Below, piece by piece: positions 24,560 to 37,102 of a DNA stretch of 64,000 nucleotides. A program made the position numbers and the translations under genes. Within the stretch, counting starts at the first letter, position 1. Each line of letters begins with the position of its first letter. The notes beneath the pieces are model-generated. The model was not told the DNA's origin, did not search any database, and saw only the letters and a list, made by a program, of their open reading frames with translations. Source of the DNA: Lytechinus pictus (taxonomy: Eukaryota); assembly GCF_037042905.1 (NCBI RefSeq), contig NC_087252.1, forward strand, positions 6,264,001-6,328,000, read 5' to 3'.

Positions 24560-25476
24560 CTAGTAGTGCAGCAGACATTGAGCCGCTGCTGCTCTTCTTT
24601 CTTGAAGACCACCTTACGGGGCCGACGTTGACATGAGCTGGCGTCTCCACTAGTTCCAACGTAATGCAAACTTAATCTCGGAGACTGATGATTAACGTCA
24701 GTCTGATGTCCCTCATCAGGATACAGGCAAAATTTTGATGCTTTACCTCTTCAAGGCTTTGGAAATATAACTAGAATCCGAAAGGTAGCTCTCAATTAGA
24801 GCCACCTCTTCTTCGAACTTCATGGTGAATCGCAACGTACATGTAATACACGCGCGCGGTCTCGTACCACGTGACGTTCTTGAAGACCACTTTACGGGCC
24901 GACGTGGTGATGAGCTGGCGTCTCCACTAGAACTTAGTTCCAACGTAATGTAAACTTAATCTCTGATTAACCTCAGTCGAGTCTGTCCCTCATCATGAGG
25001 ATAAAGGCAGAATTTTGAGGCTTTCCTCTTCAAGGCTTTGGTAGGCCTAATATTAGACCTAGTAGAATCCGAAAGGTAGCTCTCAATTAGAGCCACCTCT
25101 TCAAACTTTATAATGAATAAATCTCGGAGGCCTAAGTTAGATAATGTTAGCTAGTAGTGCCGGTGGACCTAGAAAAGAAAGTAGATTCTACTCTACATGT
25201 ACAGTCTTTACTCTAGTCTAGATGATCTCTACCGCAACGTTAGTTCAGTTCAATTGATGATTCACGCGCGTGCGCGCGGTCTCGTACCACGTGACGTATG
25301 TGAATGAAGGATATCGTGATAGCGCAAGAAAGATATCTTCCGAAGAGAGTGGCCTTTTTTTGGTACTAAATCCGCCGGAGTAGAACACAATCCGCCAGTG
25401 GATTTGGTGCCGAGAACCGTATCTGCCAGGCACAGGATCCGCCGGTACACCGGTCGGCCGCCTCCAGCTGTACACA
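24560..25476 (-). mobile_element. Ginger/GIN-like integrase transposon 5' end with a tandemly duplicated first coding segment
   Basis: Minus strand reads MKFEEEVALIESYLSDSSY..KALKRKASKFCL...LHYVGT...RKVVFKKEEQQRL, resembling the lead-in to the H2C2 zinc domain of GIN/Ginger integrases. Units 24600-24878 and 24879-25295 are duplicates. Candidate terminus ctgtACA(CA) at 25474-25476 reads TGT on minus. Confidence 0.5.
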
Positions 25477-26282
25477 AGTTTAAATGAATAGCCAATCAAC
25501 AATGGCGTACGTTACTAGGGGCGAAGCTTAGTATGAAGCGAAATTCGATTAAGTCGAGTGTGCCAAATATCAGAAATTTCTTAACTGACCGAAAAAAAAC
25601 ACACGCAGAAAACTGCTTTTTTATCACTTACCTGTCATCAATTTCACTCATTTTTTTTCAGAGTAATTATGAACCTGACCAAAAAAAACACACACAGAAA
25701 ACTGCTTTTTTATCACTTACCCGTCATCAATTTCACTCATTTTTTTTCACAGAGTAATTATGAAACATGGAAGAATCAGAAAATAAAAAAAAAAATCTTC
25801 AAAATTTTGACTTTTTTATTGGTTTGTCGAATTCAGAAGAACTTTGATTTGCGACTTGTCTCTCATTTCGGTGTGATCGAACACATATCATTGCAGTAGA
25901 ATGTGTAATTGCTGAGAAATGTAATAAGAAATATTGCATTCTCATCAGGTGTCCTGTCATTTTCCAAGCTTTAACGGACTCTCTCACTTGTGCTTAGGTG
26001 TGTTGGTGATATTCAGTGTGATCCGTTTCAGATGAGATTTCATGATTTCACAAAGCGAGGTTTATGCGGACAAAGTATGTCTAGATCTATGATGATATGG
26101 TGACAGTTTCCTATGATTTTAAGCTATTAAAGACTTTCTAAAAAATCATTGTAAGCTTCAAATCAATGTATTGTACTCGATTATTGTTATTATTTCTTTA
26201 TTCATTACATATATGCATTATTACTTGAATTCTTAATCATAACTTGTATTTAACTTCTGAAGTTTTCCATTGCGATTAAGAA

Positions 26283-26408
26283 TAGTGCAGTAGGTTTCAC
26301 GGTACACCATGGATATTTCTTGGGCAAATGTCATTTGGGTTTGTTCCTTTTCAGGACCAACATTTGCCCAAGAAAGATACATGGTGTACTGTTTAACCTA
26401 CTACACTA
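26283..26408. mobile_element. Hairpin MITE (near-perfect 126-bp palindrome)
   Basis: tagtgcagtaggtttcacggtacaccatggatatttcttgggcaaatgt pairs with acatttgcccaagaaagatacatggtgtactgtttaacctactacacta. Confidence 0.7.
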
Positions 26409-27529
26409 AACTTGTATTGTCGTTGACTGAAGGTTTTCTTACAAGTAAAAAAATTGATATGAATAGAAAGTAGATTAACAAGTTAACATCTGTAACTTAA
26501 ATTGTGAATTTTATGTATGGAACTTTTTTTACTCAAAGGTTTCTTAATGACTTACAGAATATAGAAAGGAGATGATACAGATAATGTGAGATTCCTAGAA
26601 TTCTAGATTGTTGCTCAATATTTGAATCAAATTTGAGTGTGAGTTAATCTCAAAACAAAGGTTAGGAAATGACAAAAAAAAAGTAAAAAGATTAGAATTT
26701 CAGCTTTGTTGCTTGATTTTGATACTGGATTGTGGCTCAAAATTTGAGACTTATGGCTTGAAATTCAAGGCTTACAGCTTGAAATCTGAGACTCAAAATG
26801 TGCAAAATTGGATAAGCTTTATCATAGCACTAAATGGGAATTTTCATGGGCTCTTATTTATTTTCCTGGTGGTGTTTTCATGAAAGTGTAAGTTTAGAGC
26901 AACTGGTGATCCTTTCTTTTGGTAAGTGGTATACAGCAAAATATTCATTGCCAATGGTTTAGCACATAAGAAAGGTTCACCAGTCATACTTAAAGTCACT
27001 TTTAACTTACGAACAGCTTTACAAAACACCTCCCATGGGCTCTTTTCCCCATTTGGGGGCAAAATCACCCAAGCCCCCTGTGTATTTTTTCCTGGACACT
27101 GTAGGAAGATGCAATGCTTAATTTTTTTCTATGCAAAATGTAGAGAATTTGGAAAAGTAATCTTGTATCCAGGGTATCAAGTGAATAAGATAACTCTTGG
27201 GTATTTTTAAACATTATATAGATAGATATGAATTAGGATGATAATGAGGATTTGGAGAACAAATTTTGCTGAATATTATTGCACATAGATACAAGGCTCA
27301 AATTTACCAAGTAACCAAGCAAGGTTACTTGGTATCTGATGTACAGGGTAAATCTTAAGTATTTAAAAACATTGTAGATATTTATAAAATTGTTAATACC
27401 AATGAGTACCATGATTTTTACTGACTAATTAATCATCTTTAAATAGCCATATCAGGGTTTGATAAAAGAGCTATACACCTCAAAGAAGGCTGTCAAACAA
27501 CTATCCTACTTCGTACCTTTTGACTTATA

Positions 27530-28031
27530 CAGTGCATCCCAGAAAAAAGGAAACCAGGATTCCCATGATATCTTTTTAAGTCAAAGGCAAGTGAATTATG
27601 ATATTTCATTTACATAATGATATAATCCAATTATTCTTCTTTATTTTGACACCTAATATGAGACAAATACTTCACGCATTAATGAGCAAGGCAAGTTTGA
27701 AATTTTAATGTCAAAACCAGGTTGCACAGAAAAATTGAAAGAGATATTACGACCAAGCATTTTTTATTGGCTCAGCATCTCTTTTGTACTGTTTGTTCAT
27801 TCCGGAAATGAGAGTGGATTCAGATTTACACATGTTTCTGCACAAATCGTTTCTGATATGTTTCAATATTTATTGTTTGTAATCTGCCATGTGTAAACGA
27901 TTTGCTAAGCTGTTGGTTTCAAATGAGAGATTAGATTCCACTCTTGCCATTAGTATCAAATCTATAAGCATATTTAATTATTGTGAAATCTATCTATAAA
28001 AATGGGTTTCCTTTTTTTGTGGGACGCACTG
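27530..28031. mobile_element. Tc1/mariner-type MITE
   Basis: Left end TA|cagtgcatcccagaaaaaaggaaac; right end tttcctttttttgtgggacgcactg|CA (degenerate TA). Confidence 0.7.
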
Positions 28032-28621
28032 CATATTGCTCTTGATCTTTTTGTTACCTCTTAAATGATGAGTCAAGTCAAAAAAAAAATTTAGTCCAGG
28101 TTTATGAGAAAAAAATGTACATTTACCTTTTCTTTTAAAAGCCGAGTTTCTCTTTTGAAATCAAACAGATGTGGTTCTCAAAGATTTGACTTTGACAAAA
28201 TTGCCTTTATGTGGTCTTTGTAAAGTAGACTTACAAATTAATTCCATTGGCTTGATTTAGGGTATAGAATGTGTAGTGTAACTTGGAATATTTTTTGTAG
28301 GCAACCATGCTTCTATTGTACCTGTATGAACACCTTGAAAATTGAACTGTAATGTATTAAATAATTGTTATATTAACTATTATGTTCATATAATTTTGAT
28401 TTTTTTTTACATGATTGTGTTATTTTGTTTATATAAACAATATGATTGAATTTACATGTATGTATGATTGTAATTTATCTATTAATGTGTGAATATGAAT
28501 ACCATTGGCTTATCCTAGAGAATACAACTTCATCTGTTTTAAATTATATTTATGCCAATATTCAAACTTGCCAATATTCAAACTTGCCAAAATACCACTG
28601 TAAGCTGCTATGCATAGAAAC

Positions 28622-29197
28622 CCCAGGGGGGGGGGGGCCACTTACATTGACGAGTGGATACCATGCGCGACCAAAAAAACATGTAAAAAGGATGTCTTTT
28701 TCACAATAGGGCACGTTACGTACGTAACGTGATAAGGGTATCAAAAACACAAAAATAATGAAAAAAGGGTATCTATTTCGCTAAGAAAGTTACGTGTTTA
28801 GGGTCAAATATGCGGGGATGATAAAACAAAATTAAAATGTTTTATAAAGGATGTCCCTTTTGCCCCAACACTACGTGTTTAGAGTCCGATTTGCACGAGG
28901 TGTAGAAGGTGGCGTCGTACTAAACCAAATGATGTGTATAAAGGTAAAACCGACGACCGTAGGACCCGTTACATTAAAATATTCCTGTACTTGTTTAGGG
29001 GTTCATTTCAGGGAATATTTGCCAAGAGTATCGTTTTGTTTCCAATACTTGTTAAGGGTAGGGTTTCACACGCCAATACTTGTTAAGGGATGCATTTTCA
29101 GCATATGGATATTACGTGTTTAGGGTGCTTTTCGAGACCCCACGGTCGCGCATGGTATCCACTCGTCAATGGAAGTGCCCCCCCCCCCCCCCCCCGG
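28622..29197 (+). mobile_element. Unclassified TIR element with CCC(G)n termini
   Basis: TIRs cacttacattgacgagtggataccatgcgcgacc / ggtcgcgcatggtatccactcgtcaatggaagtg, flanked by G and C runs. An inverted copy lies at 47341-47941. Confidence 0.8.
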
Positions 29198-29544
29198 ATA
29201 GAAACAAAATAAACTATATCCAATCACATCAAATCCAGCATTTTTTTGGAATAAAATTCACCCATTTCTGAATGCATTGTTACATTTGAAGTTATCTATA
29301 TTATAGTTATTGTATGTTCATGGTATATGTTATATCAATGTTGTAACAAGCAAATTTCACCTTAAGTTCAATTTAATTCTTGAAGAGTTTTATTGAACTT
29401 GAATTTAATAATAGTACACTCAAATTGACGAGGAAGTGACAGCAGATGATTTGTTTCAAGTTTCTTTTGACAACTTAAGGGCTGGTGATGGAGTCCCACA
29501 ACCCCTTTTTCTAATGATAGATGAATTGCCAGTACAGCAATGCG

Positions 29545-30009
29545 CATACATTCGTAATTCCGAAGCTTCGTAAATCCGAAGGTTCGTAATTCCGAAGGTT
29601 CATAAGTCCGAAAATGAAATGAGGTTCGTAATTCCGACGGTTCGTTAGTCCGAAAACAAAATGAGGTTCGTAATTCCGAAGGTTCGTTAATCCGAAAACG
29701 AAATGAGGTTCGTAATTCCGAAGGTTCGTTAGTTCGAAAACGTAATGATTAACGAACCTTATTTCGTTTTCGGATTAACGAACTTTCGGAACAACGAACC
29801 TTATTTCGTTTTCGGACTAACGAACTTTCAGAACATCGAACCTTATTTTGTTTTCGGATTATCGAACCTTCGGAATAACAAACCTTTGGAATAACGCCAC
29901 AAATGTTCGGATTAACGAACCCTTTTACGTTTTCGGATTAACGAACATCGAGGTATAGGCAATTTACGTGTTTCGGAATTACGAACCTTCGGAATTACGA
30001 AGTGTAACC
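29545..30009. mobile_element. Foldback-type element built from minisatellite arms
   Basis: Left arm is tandem ttcgtaattccgaagg / ttcgttagtccgaaaa units. Right arm is their reverse complement (acgaaccttcggaattacgaa), switching near 29750. Confidence 0.75.
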
Positions 30010-31239
30010 ACAGTAATGATAGTTATGTACTTGTATTGAACCATGCACCAATAAACTATGATATGAAAATGGAAGTTCCACCACCACATTGGTATTTTCT
30101 CACCAAATAAAAGAAAATAAATTATTTTTTACAACTCATTTCTCCATCAGTTGGGCTTTTTGCAGCTCAACTACAGGGTTTTACCATGCATGTGTATATT
30201 TAAATGATATCATATTAGAAATCTAAATCATTCAGCTCAAGATACCTTATCAGTGACCATTTTTATGACAAAATATTCTATTTTTATGCATAGAATCATG
30301 TTAAGTTAGTTACCAGCTTTTCTGGTAATCATTTGTATTACAAATGTGCCAGTACAATGTAGACACAATAGCATCGTGTACAGTAATGTTGCATTTTTTT
30401 GTAATAGTGCCAATTTCCCTTGCATCCAAATTATCAAAACTGATATTATGAAACATATGATCGGTGACAATTTATAAAGAAAAGTCATGTCATGAAGTTA
30501 ATAAATTAACTTTAATGATGATAACATGTATGTTGATGATACACCAATTCATATAATGTGCAATGACTCCGTGCAGTTATTTAATTAATTTGAATGGCTG
30601 TTGTGTGTTAGAGAAAGTAGTTGAGATCAATGCTGCTAGATTTATTTCAATCATTTACAACTTTTATTTTTACTCAATTTGTAAGTTTTTATTAACTCAA
30701 CAAACTCTTGGAGATGCCCCACTTTTTACCAGATATTTTAAAATATGACTGTTTATTCTGATTATCATAATACATTTGTGGTAAACATTCTTTTAATGTG
30801 AAAACCCTTATTAGATTAATAGAAATGTAAAGTCAGAGGCAGATCCAGGATTTTCGAAAGGGGGGAGGGCATATTTTCCTGAGGAAGATTTTGACAAGCC
30901 AAAAAAAAAGGGTTTTAACCAAAAATTAAAGGGATTTCGTCCACGAAAAAATTGGCAACCAAAAAAAATCCACTACTGTGTAAAGTGATAATGAAAGGAA
31001 CAGTTTGCCTGTGGGAGTGAGAAAATAAAGAATGAGATGTGAGAGTCCATGAAAAGATGTATAGGCTTATATAAAATGAGAAGGTTAGAGGCATGAAGGG
31101 ATAGAAATTAGTGGAAAGATGAGGATATGTTTTGTTTTCCCTCCCTTTGACCTTCCTTATCTTATTTCCTTTGCTCATTTTTGCTCCTTCCTTCATCCTC
31201 ATTTTAGAAATGTGAGGAAAATGATAACATGTATTCATA

Positions 31240-31464
31240 CAGTTGTGCTAAAATGTTAGTGAACCCCACCACAAATTGCACTCTCATGCTGAGTGTTGAA
31301 TGTAAACAATAGCAGCACTACGATGTTCGGTAAGCCCAGAGAAACAATTTTATATTCTATCATCTGACTTCACAATCAAATAACTGGTAAAACTTGGCAG
31401 AACTTGGAACACTTCCGAGTATGGTCATTTTCTGTGCGGTTCACTTACTTTTGAGCGCCACTCT
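31240..31464. mobile_element. Tc1-type MITE remnant
   Basis: Left end TA|cagttgtgctaaaatgttagtgaacc; right end ggttcacttacttttgagcgccactc|TA. Confidence 0.5.
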
Positions 31465-32459
31465 ATTGTGATATGCGCCATCATGTGATGGATATTGGAA
31501 CACTTTGAATTACTCGCAGAAGTTTGTTTGTGGATTGGTTTTACGTGGAGAAGGCCGGGGAGCAGGATTCACGTATTTAATCACACCCACGAGAGTGTAT
31601 GTAGAGGGGCGTGAGACTTTAGGAACTCACCCCCCCCCCCCCTCAAAAAAAAATAAATGAAATAAAAATATATTCTTCACAGGTTTCTTCAAAACCTCGC
31701 ATATCCCTACCCCCCTCCCAATGTTTTTTTTTTCTTTCTTTCTTTTTTTAGTTATGTTTCGTTTCTTCTTAATACCCAAATCCATCACGAAATACTATTT
31801 TTTGCATAAAATACGCCACGTTCGGTCCCTCAAAAAATAGGGTTCATAACTCCACTGATCGCCCCTGACTATAAATTGAATGATCCATGTTTCATTTTTA
31901 AGCCTTCGCATAATTAGCAAATTCCTTCGGATTAAGTGTTCTCCCCTACTAACAAAAGAAATTCCACGTTATCACTCTACGTGCATATAATTAGCGTTAT
32001 CATGAAAATTTGAGATGCAATATTAAATTTCATAATTTTCTTGCATCTGGATACCTCGCTATCTGTTTGGCTCTCCGACCTGGATTATTATAATTTCATG
32101 ATCAGAAATAAAGAAATGTGTATCTGTATTATTTTTGCCCTCTCACCATGCTCAGGAAGTGTTCGGAGATCTTGAGGGTTTTGTATTACACGATTTGATT
32201 TCTAATAAACCCATTGCCGCCTGGAAAATAGTAGTCCCTGTACAAGGCATATGGGAATTTCTGAATTTGACAGTCAAGGAGTTTAACTGATTGCATTGTT
32301 GCTGTCACATAAACTCGCTCTTTAACGAGTAAACTGTCAGAAAGTGGCAGAAAAATCTTGGGTCTTGTTCTTATAAAAATAATTCGAAGATGTCCAGTGT
32401 TGGTTTTTTTACCTCACCGCTTCATATTCCATCGTGAAAATTTATGATTTTATTTATTT

Positions 32460-32950
32460 GCTGTCTCGCCTGCACGGGAGAAACAAGCCAAACGCGCCGC
32501 TTTTCCAACGACGGCGACGATTGTAACGGCAAAGGCGGCGGCGTCACCATTTAAATATTAACCAAGGTTGACTTATTGATTTCTTTTTCTCGAGATAACT
32601 TTAACAGTATACATAAGTCCCTATTCCATGAAACTTACATAAAGTGGTTATAAAACATTGGCAAACAGATGAAGGTAATTTCAAGTTACCGGGCCAAGTT
32701 CAATTATGTTTTTAGATTGTAGGTCTGAATTCTGTTTAACTCGGATATAATGGTTAGATGTACCAGAAATTAGATGATATTAGGATCTCACGATGCTCAG
32801 TCAAGGTGAAAAAATCATATCAGATCAGATAATATTTGATATTTTGTGTATCGTTTTAATATTTGATAATGAGATTTGACATGTATTAGGTTGTTATCAC
32901 AAATGATATGGAAATGAATAACACTTTTCTAACTCAAGGTCAACGAACTT
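32460..32950 (+). mobile_element. Degenerate Helentron-like (HINE) element
   Basis: 5' gtctcgcctgca...gcgccgcttttcc..cgacggcg, homologous to the head of the 43976 element. Confidence 0.55.
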
Positions 32951-33889
32951 AAGATGATGTTGAAAATAATGTTAATGACAATAATAATTATTGATATTAT
33001 TATTGTTTTATTATTATTAGTATTATTATTGTGACTTATAAAGCGCCAAATCCACTCTGTAGAGTGCTCAAGTCGCATAAAGAGCTAAGAGTTAAATAAA
33101 AAAAAGTTTTTAGAGGATTTTTGAACGTCTCGACAGAGGTACATTTTTTTATGTCTTCTTTCTTTATTATTATTTTTATTACTGGTATTATTATTATATT
33201 ATTATTATTATTATATTCATTACAATAATAAGCATGCACTGTTTTATCTAATGCATTGCTTTAAATATTTTTTTTCTTTTTTAAAGGTAATAGTTTTCCA
33301 AATAAATGAAATGGTATTTTTAGATGGTTTGGCTGTTTCAATTTCCCTTGTTTCCTGTTTTAACAAAATAATGAATAGCCCATATAAGCACACCAACTAA
33401 AAACTGATCTATTTGGGGGGAAAGGGATTTATGATAGTCTTTCGTGAAATTGGACGGACTTTAATATGAATTCATGAGGAAATATTGTAGCTCTTGTATC
33501 GTAACACGACTTGAATCGGGTATACTATTACACTGATAAATCTATTTTAAATTTAAAGAGCCTCCGTTAGGATACTATGTTACACTTGCAATGTGTTATT
33601 TTTAGGACATCAACGGTGTACAACCAGCTCAATTAATAGAACATAAATAGATTCAGAAATACATGTAGCATATATACGGCAATTTTAAACTTCTCCCTTT
33701 GCATTTACTATCCATACATTCCTTGCTTAGATAATTATATAGGACTCCTATTTTTCGGGGGAAAAAAATAATGATTTATCCGATTTCTACCATGGGGCCA
33801 ATTTATACAAGCGATTGTGCTTCCCTTGAACCCTCTGCATGTATAGTACATTTTTAATAAAAGTAATAATAACAATAAGAAGAAGAAAA

Positions 33890-34398
33890 ATAATGATAAT
33901 ATAGGATATTTGAATAGCGCACGTATCCACCTTGTTAGGTGCTCATTGTGCTCCTACACTGTAAAAACTGTGGTTTTAAAACTGATACCAGTGGGTGTTA
34001 ATAGAGGACCACACCCTCTGGTGTCAAAATTACACCCCAAAGATTGAATATAACACCAAAGAGTGTACATGTAACAACCAAATGTGTTGCAATAACACCT
34101 ATAGGTGCTAAACTAACACTGTCAATTTAACACCGGTGTAAAATAACTGGTGTGGTCCTCTATGTACATCGGTTAACACCGCAGTTTTTGCTGTGTATAT
34201 ATTACCTCGGCTAACCTAGTCTACTGATTCCGGTGCTCACAGCTTTTTTTAGGAATTACTTCCTGCCGGCACCCATTTACCTCACCTGGGTGGAATGCAG
34301 CACATTGTGGACCAATTTGTTGTTGAAGGAAATTACGCCTTGGCTGGGACTCGAACAGGACCCTCTGTTTAAAAGTCCGGAGACTAATCCACTGGCCA
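33890..34398 (-). mobile_element. tRNA-derived SINE, interrupted by a MITE
   Basis: Minus strand shows A box TGGCCAGTGG, B box GTTCGAGTCC, a central CACCCAGGTGAGGTAAATGGGTGCCGGC, an L2-like tail GTGGATACGTGCGCTATTCAAAT and (ATT)n. Confidence 0.7.
33957..34195. mobile_element. CACT-terminus (EnSpm-type) MITE with 2-bp TSD
   Basis: Ends TA|cactgtaaaaactgtgg and cgcagtttttgctgtg|TA. An inverted copy lies at 46494-46732. Confidence 0.8.
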
Positions 34399-34412
34399 TG
34401 CAGCATGTGCAG

Positions 34413-34557
34413 GGCCCGTTATAAAAAGAGTTACAACTTTGCCATAATGGCAACTACCATGGTAACAGGGCTAAGCAGCCAATCACAATCACGGTTACCA
34501 TGGTTGTTGCGATAATGGCAAAGTTACAACAGTTGCAACTCTTTATGAAACGGGCCC
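34413..34557. mobile_element. Harbinger-type MITE
   Basis: Ends CAG|ggcccgttataaaaagagttacaact and agttgcaactctttatgaaacgggccc|CAG. Internally palindromic. Confidence 0.8.
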
Positions 34558-36132
34558 CAGAAGGTTTTTTATGTCAGTGATTTTGTATATTTATATATTT
34601 CTTAATCATGGAAATTAAGATTAAGTTAAATTGATTAAAATTCAATTTAAAAAAAATAATGAGATTCGTTGTCCCATGTATCCCAAACGATGTCACTATC
34701 ACGTTGGTTCAATTTGTCAATTCATTAATTTGTGATTTATCATTTTATTCTCTGTCATCACTTTATTTTAAGGTCGCTGATTTTAATGACTCGTTTTATG
34801 TCATTCATTCATAACTTTGTTAATGCTTATGATGTTCATCCTCATGTCACTGTTAGTGTAACACACGACAATATGTATAAAAAAAAGACTATAACTAAAG
34901 TATAAGTTTTTGAAAAAATCCAAATCATCAGGGAGCCTTTCCTGAAACGCCCGAACTGTTTTGTCGCTGACAAAATAGTTTTCGACCAATCAGAGGCAAT
35001 GATTTCAGTAGCTTGTAACATTTTGTCAATATAATCACAAATAATGCGCTTCGTCATACAGGGGAATGGATCACACGCTCCTTTGGCAGAGAGTTATAAC
35101 TAAGGATTATATTAAAGGTAAAAGAGGGGATTCTGAATGCTGAATCTGAGCCAAAAATGTCAGGGTTGTAATCTTTCGATATTCACGGGCCGAGCTTTAT
35201 CAGTTTAACTTCATCTATATTTAAGCTATAAAGTTTTGTTCTGCCCGATACACAATCTGTGTATTCATATCTATTGACTGTTTCAAGGCTCCTGTAAGAA
35301 TTGTTGACTTATTCAGTTTCATGAATTATACCCACCTGTTGAAAAAAATACTTAAAATGTTGGGCAACATACCGTCCACTGTGTTGGGTAATGTATGTTG
35401 GTAAAAAATATATCTTCTGGGGCCCTTTGCAGAAAGAGTTGCAATCAATCGCAACTCTAAAAATCATGCACAACTTGATTTTCAACTAATCAACAGCGCG
35501 CATTTGGGACTTGGGATTGATTTTTTGGCTTGCGTTTAAACGGGGAATTATGTTCCAATTGAGCAAATTTATTACCAAATTATGGAGTGTAGAAAAAAAG
35601 TAATCGGAGCAAGAAGAAAGGGAGAATAGATAGGAGAGGGGGAGAGAAAACGGGGGAGGAGGAAAATGGCAATACAGGCAATTCAGATATAGCATGGGTT
35701 GTAGTTGGCAATTATCATCATTGATTACTGATTATTGATAATTAGCTATTAAAACATGTCCTTGTTTACTAATATATCATGCGAGGAGATGCCCATGACC
35801 TATACCAGCAACATCTGGTTGCGGAACGAAAAACGAAATGAGTCCTTGTCGACTAATCTTGCTACAATTGAAATAACCATGGGAAGAGGAAGGACAGCCG
35901 TAATGAATATGATTAAGCTTATCATGTATATTTTGTCACTTCTGACTGCATGTCGACAATGTTCAAAGCACTATGGATAAAAGAAAATACCACCACCCCC
36001 CCCCCCCCCCGACTCCTGAAAGAGAACTTTTCATATTACAAAAGTATGTGGCCTCATCTTTTGTATGAATATTTCTTAAAGACTGTTAAGATTTTCATTA
36101 ACTTTCACATCGATTGATTAAAAAAAACAGTT

Positions 36133-36189
<57 letters not shown>

Positions 36190-36195
36190 GTGTGT

Positions 36196-36249
<54 letters not shown>
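36133..36249. repeat. (CA)n(TA)n microsatellite
   Basis: Read directly from the sequence. Confidence 0.95.
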
Positions 36250-36251
<2 letters not shown>

Positions 36252-36252
<1 letters not shown>

Positions 36253-37102
36253 GGAGACCCTGTTTGGGCGCCGTTGTTCCGACGGCGGCGGCGTCGTCAA
36301 CATTGAAATTTTAACCAGGGTTAAGTCTTTGAAATATAACTTTGAAGGAATGTGGGTCTAAATCATGAAACTTGCTCATAAGCTTAATGTTTCACTGAAC
36401 ATCCCAAATGAGTTTGAGGTCACATGACAAAGGTCATTTACGGCCCATGAACCTTGGACAAGTTGGGGTATTTGTTGAATTACTATTATTACTTTGAAAG
36501 TTTATGGATCTAGTTCATGAAATGTTGACATAGGAGTAATCAATTAGTATTCCTGAACATCCTGTGCAAGTTTCGGATCACATGATATTACCGAGGTCGA
36601 AGTTAATTTAGTGTCGATGAACTTAGATTATGTTGGGGGAATCAACAACGAAGTCTTAACCAAAGTTATTTTTTTTAATGTTATAACTTATATATGAATC
36701 TAGTTAATGAAACCTGGACATACAGTAGGAGTAAACTAGTATCAGTGAATATTAAGAGTGCATTTCAGGTCCAAAGTTTAAGGACAAAGGTCATTTAAGG
36801 TCAATGAACTTTGTCCATGTTGGGGATATTTGTTGAATTGCCATAACTTTGAATGTTTATGGATCTAGTTCATGAAATGTAGACATAGTGTAATCAAATA
36901 TTACTGGTCGTTTTGCATAAGTCTTAGGTCACATGATAAAGGTCAAATGTCATTTAGGGTCAAAGAGCATAGTAACAATTATTATATTACTGATGGGTTT
37001 TTTTTGTGTGAATAATTTTTTAACAGTCGTTTTCAAAGTCAGCACTGCTGCAAGTTTTGATCGCGTGATGCATGCGAGGCTGTCAGAAGCGCTCCACTTG
37101 TC
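36252..37102 (+). mobile_element. Helentron-like (HINE/DINE-type) element with an internal tandem array
   Basis: Same GGC-rich head, tandem units with gtcacatga...aggtca, and 3' end tcgcgtgatgcatgcgaggc...ctccacttgt as the 43976-44928 copy. Confidence 0.7.

Noticed and set aside
34320..34398. Possible tRNA gene (A and B boxes)
   Set aside because: No convincing cloverleaf, and it continues into a SINE body and tail, so it is called as a SINE head.
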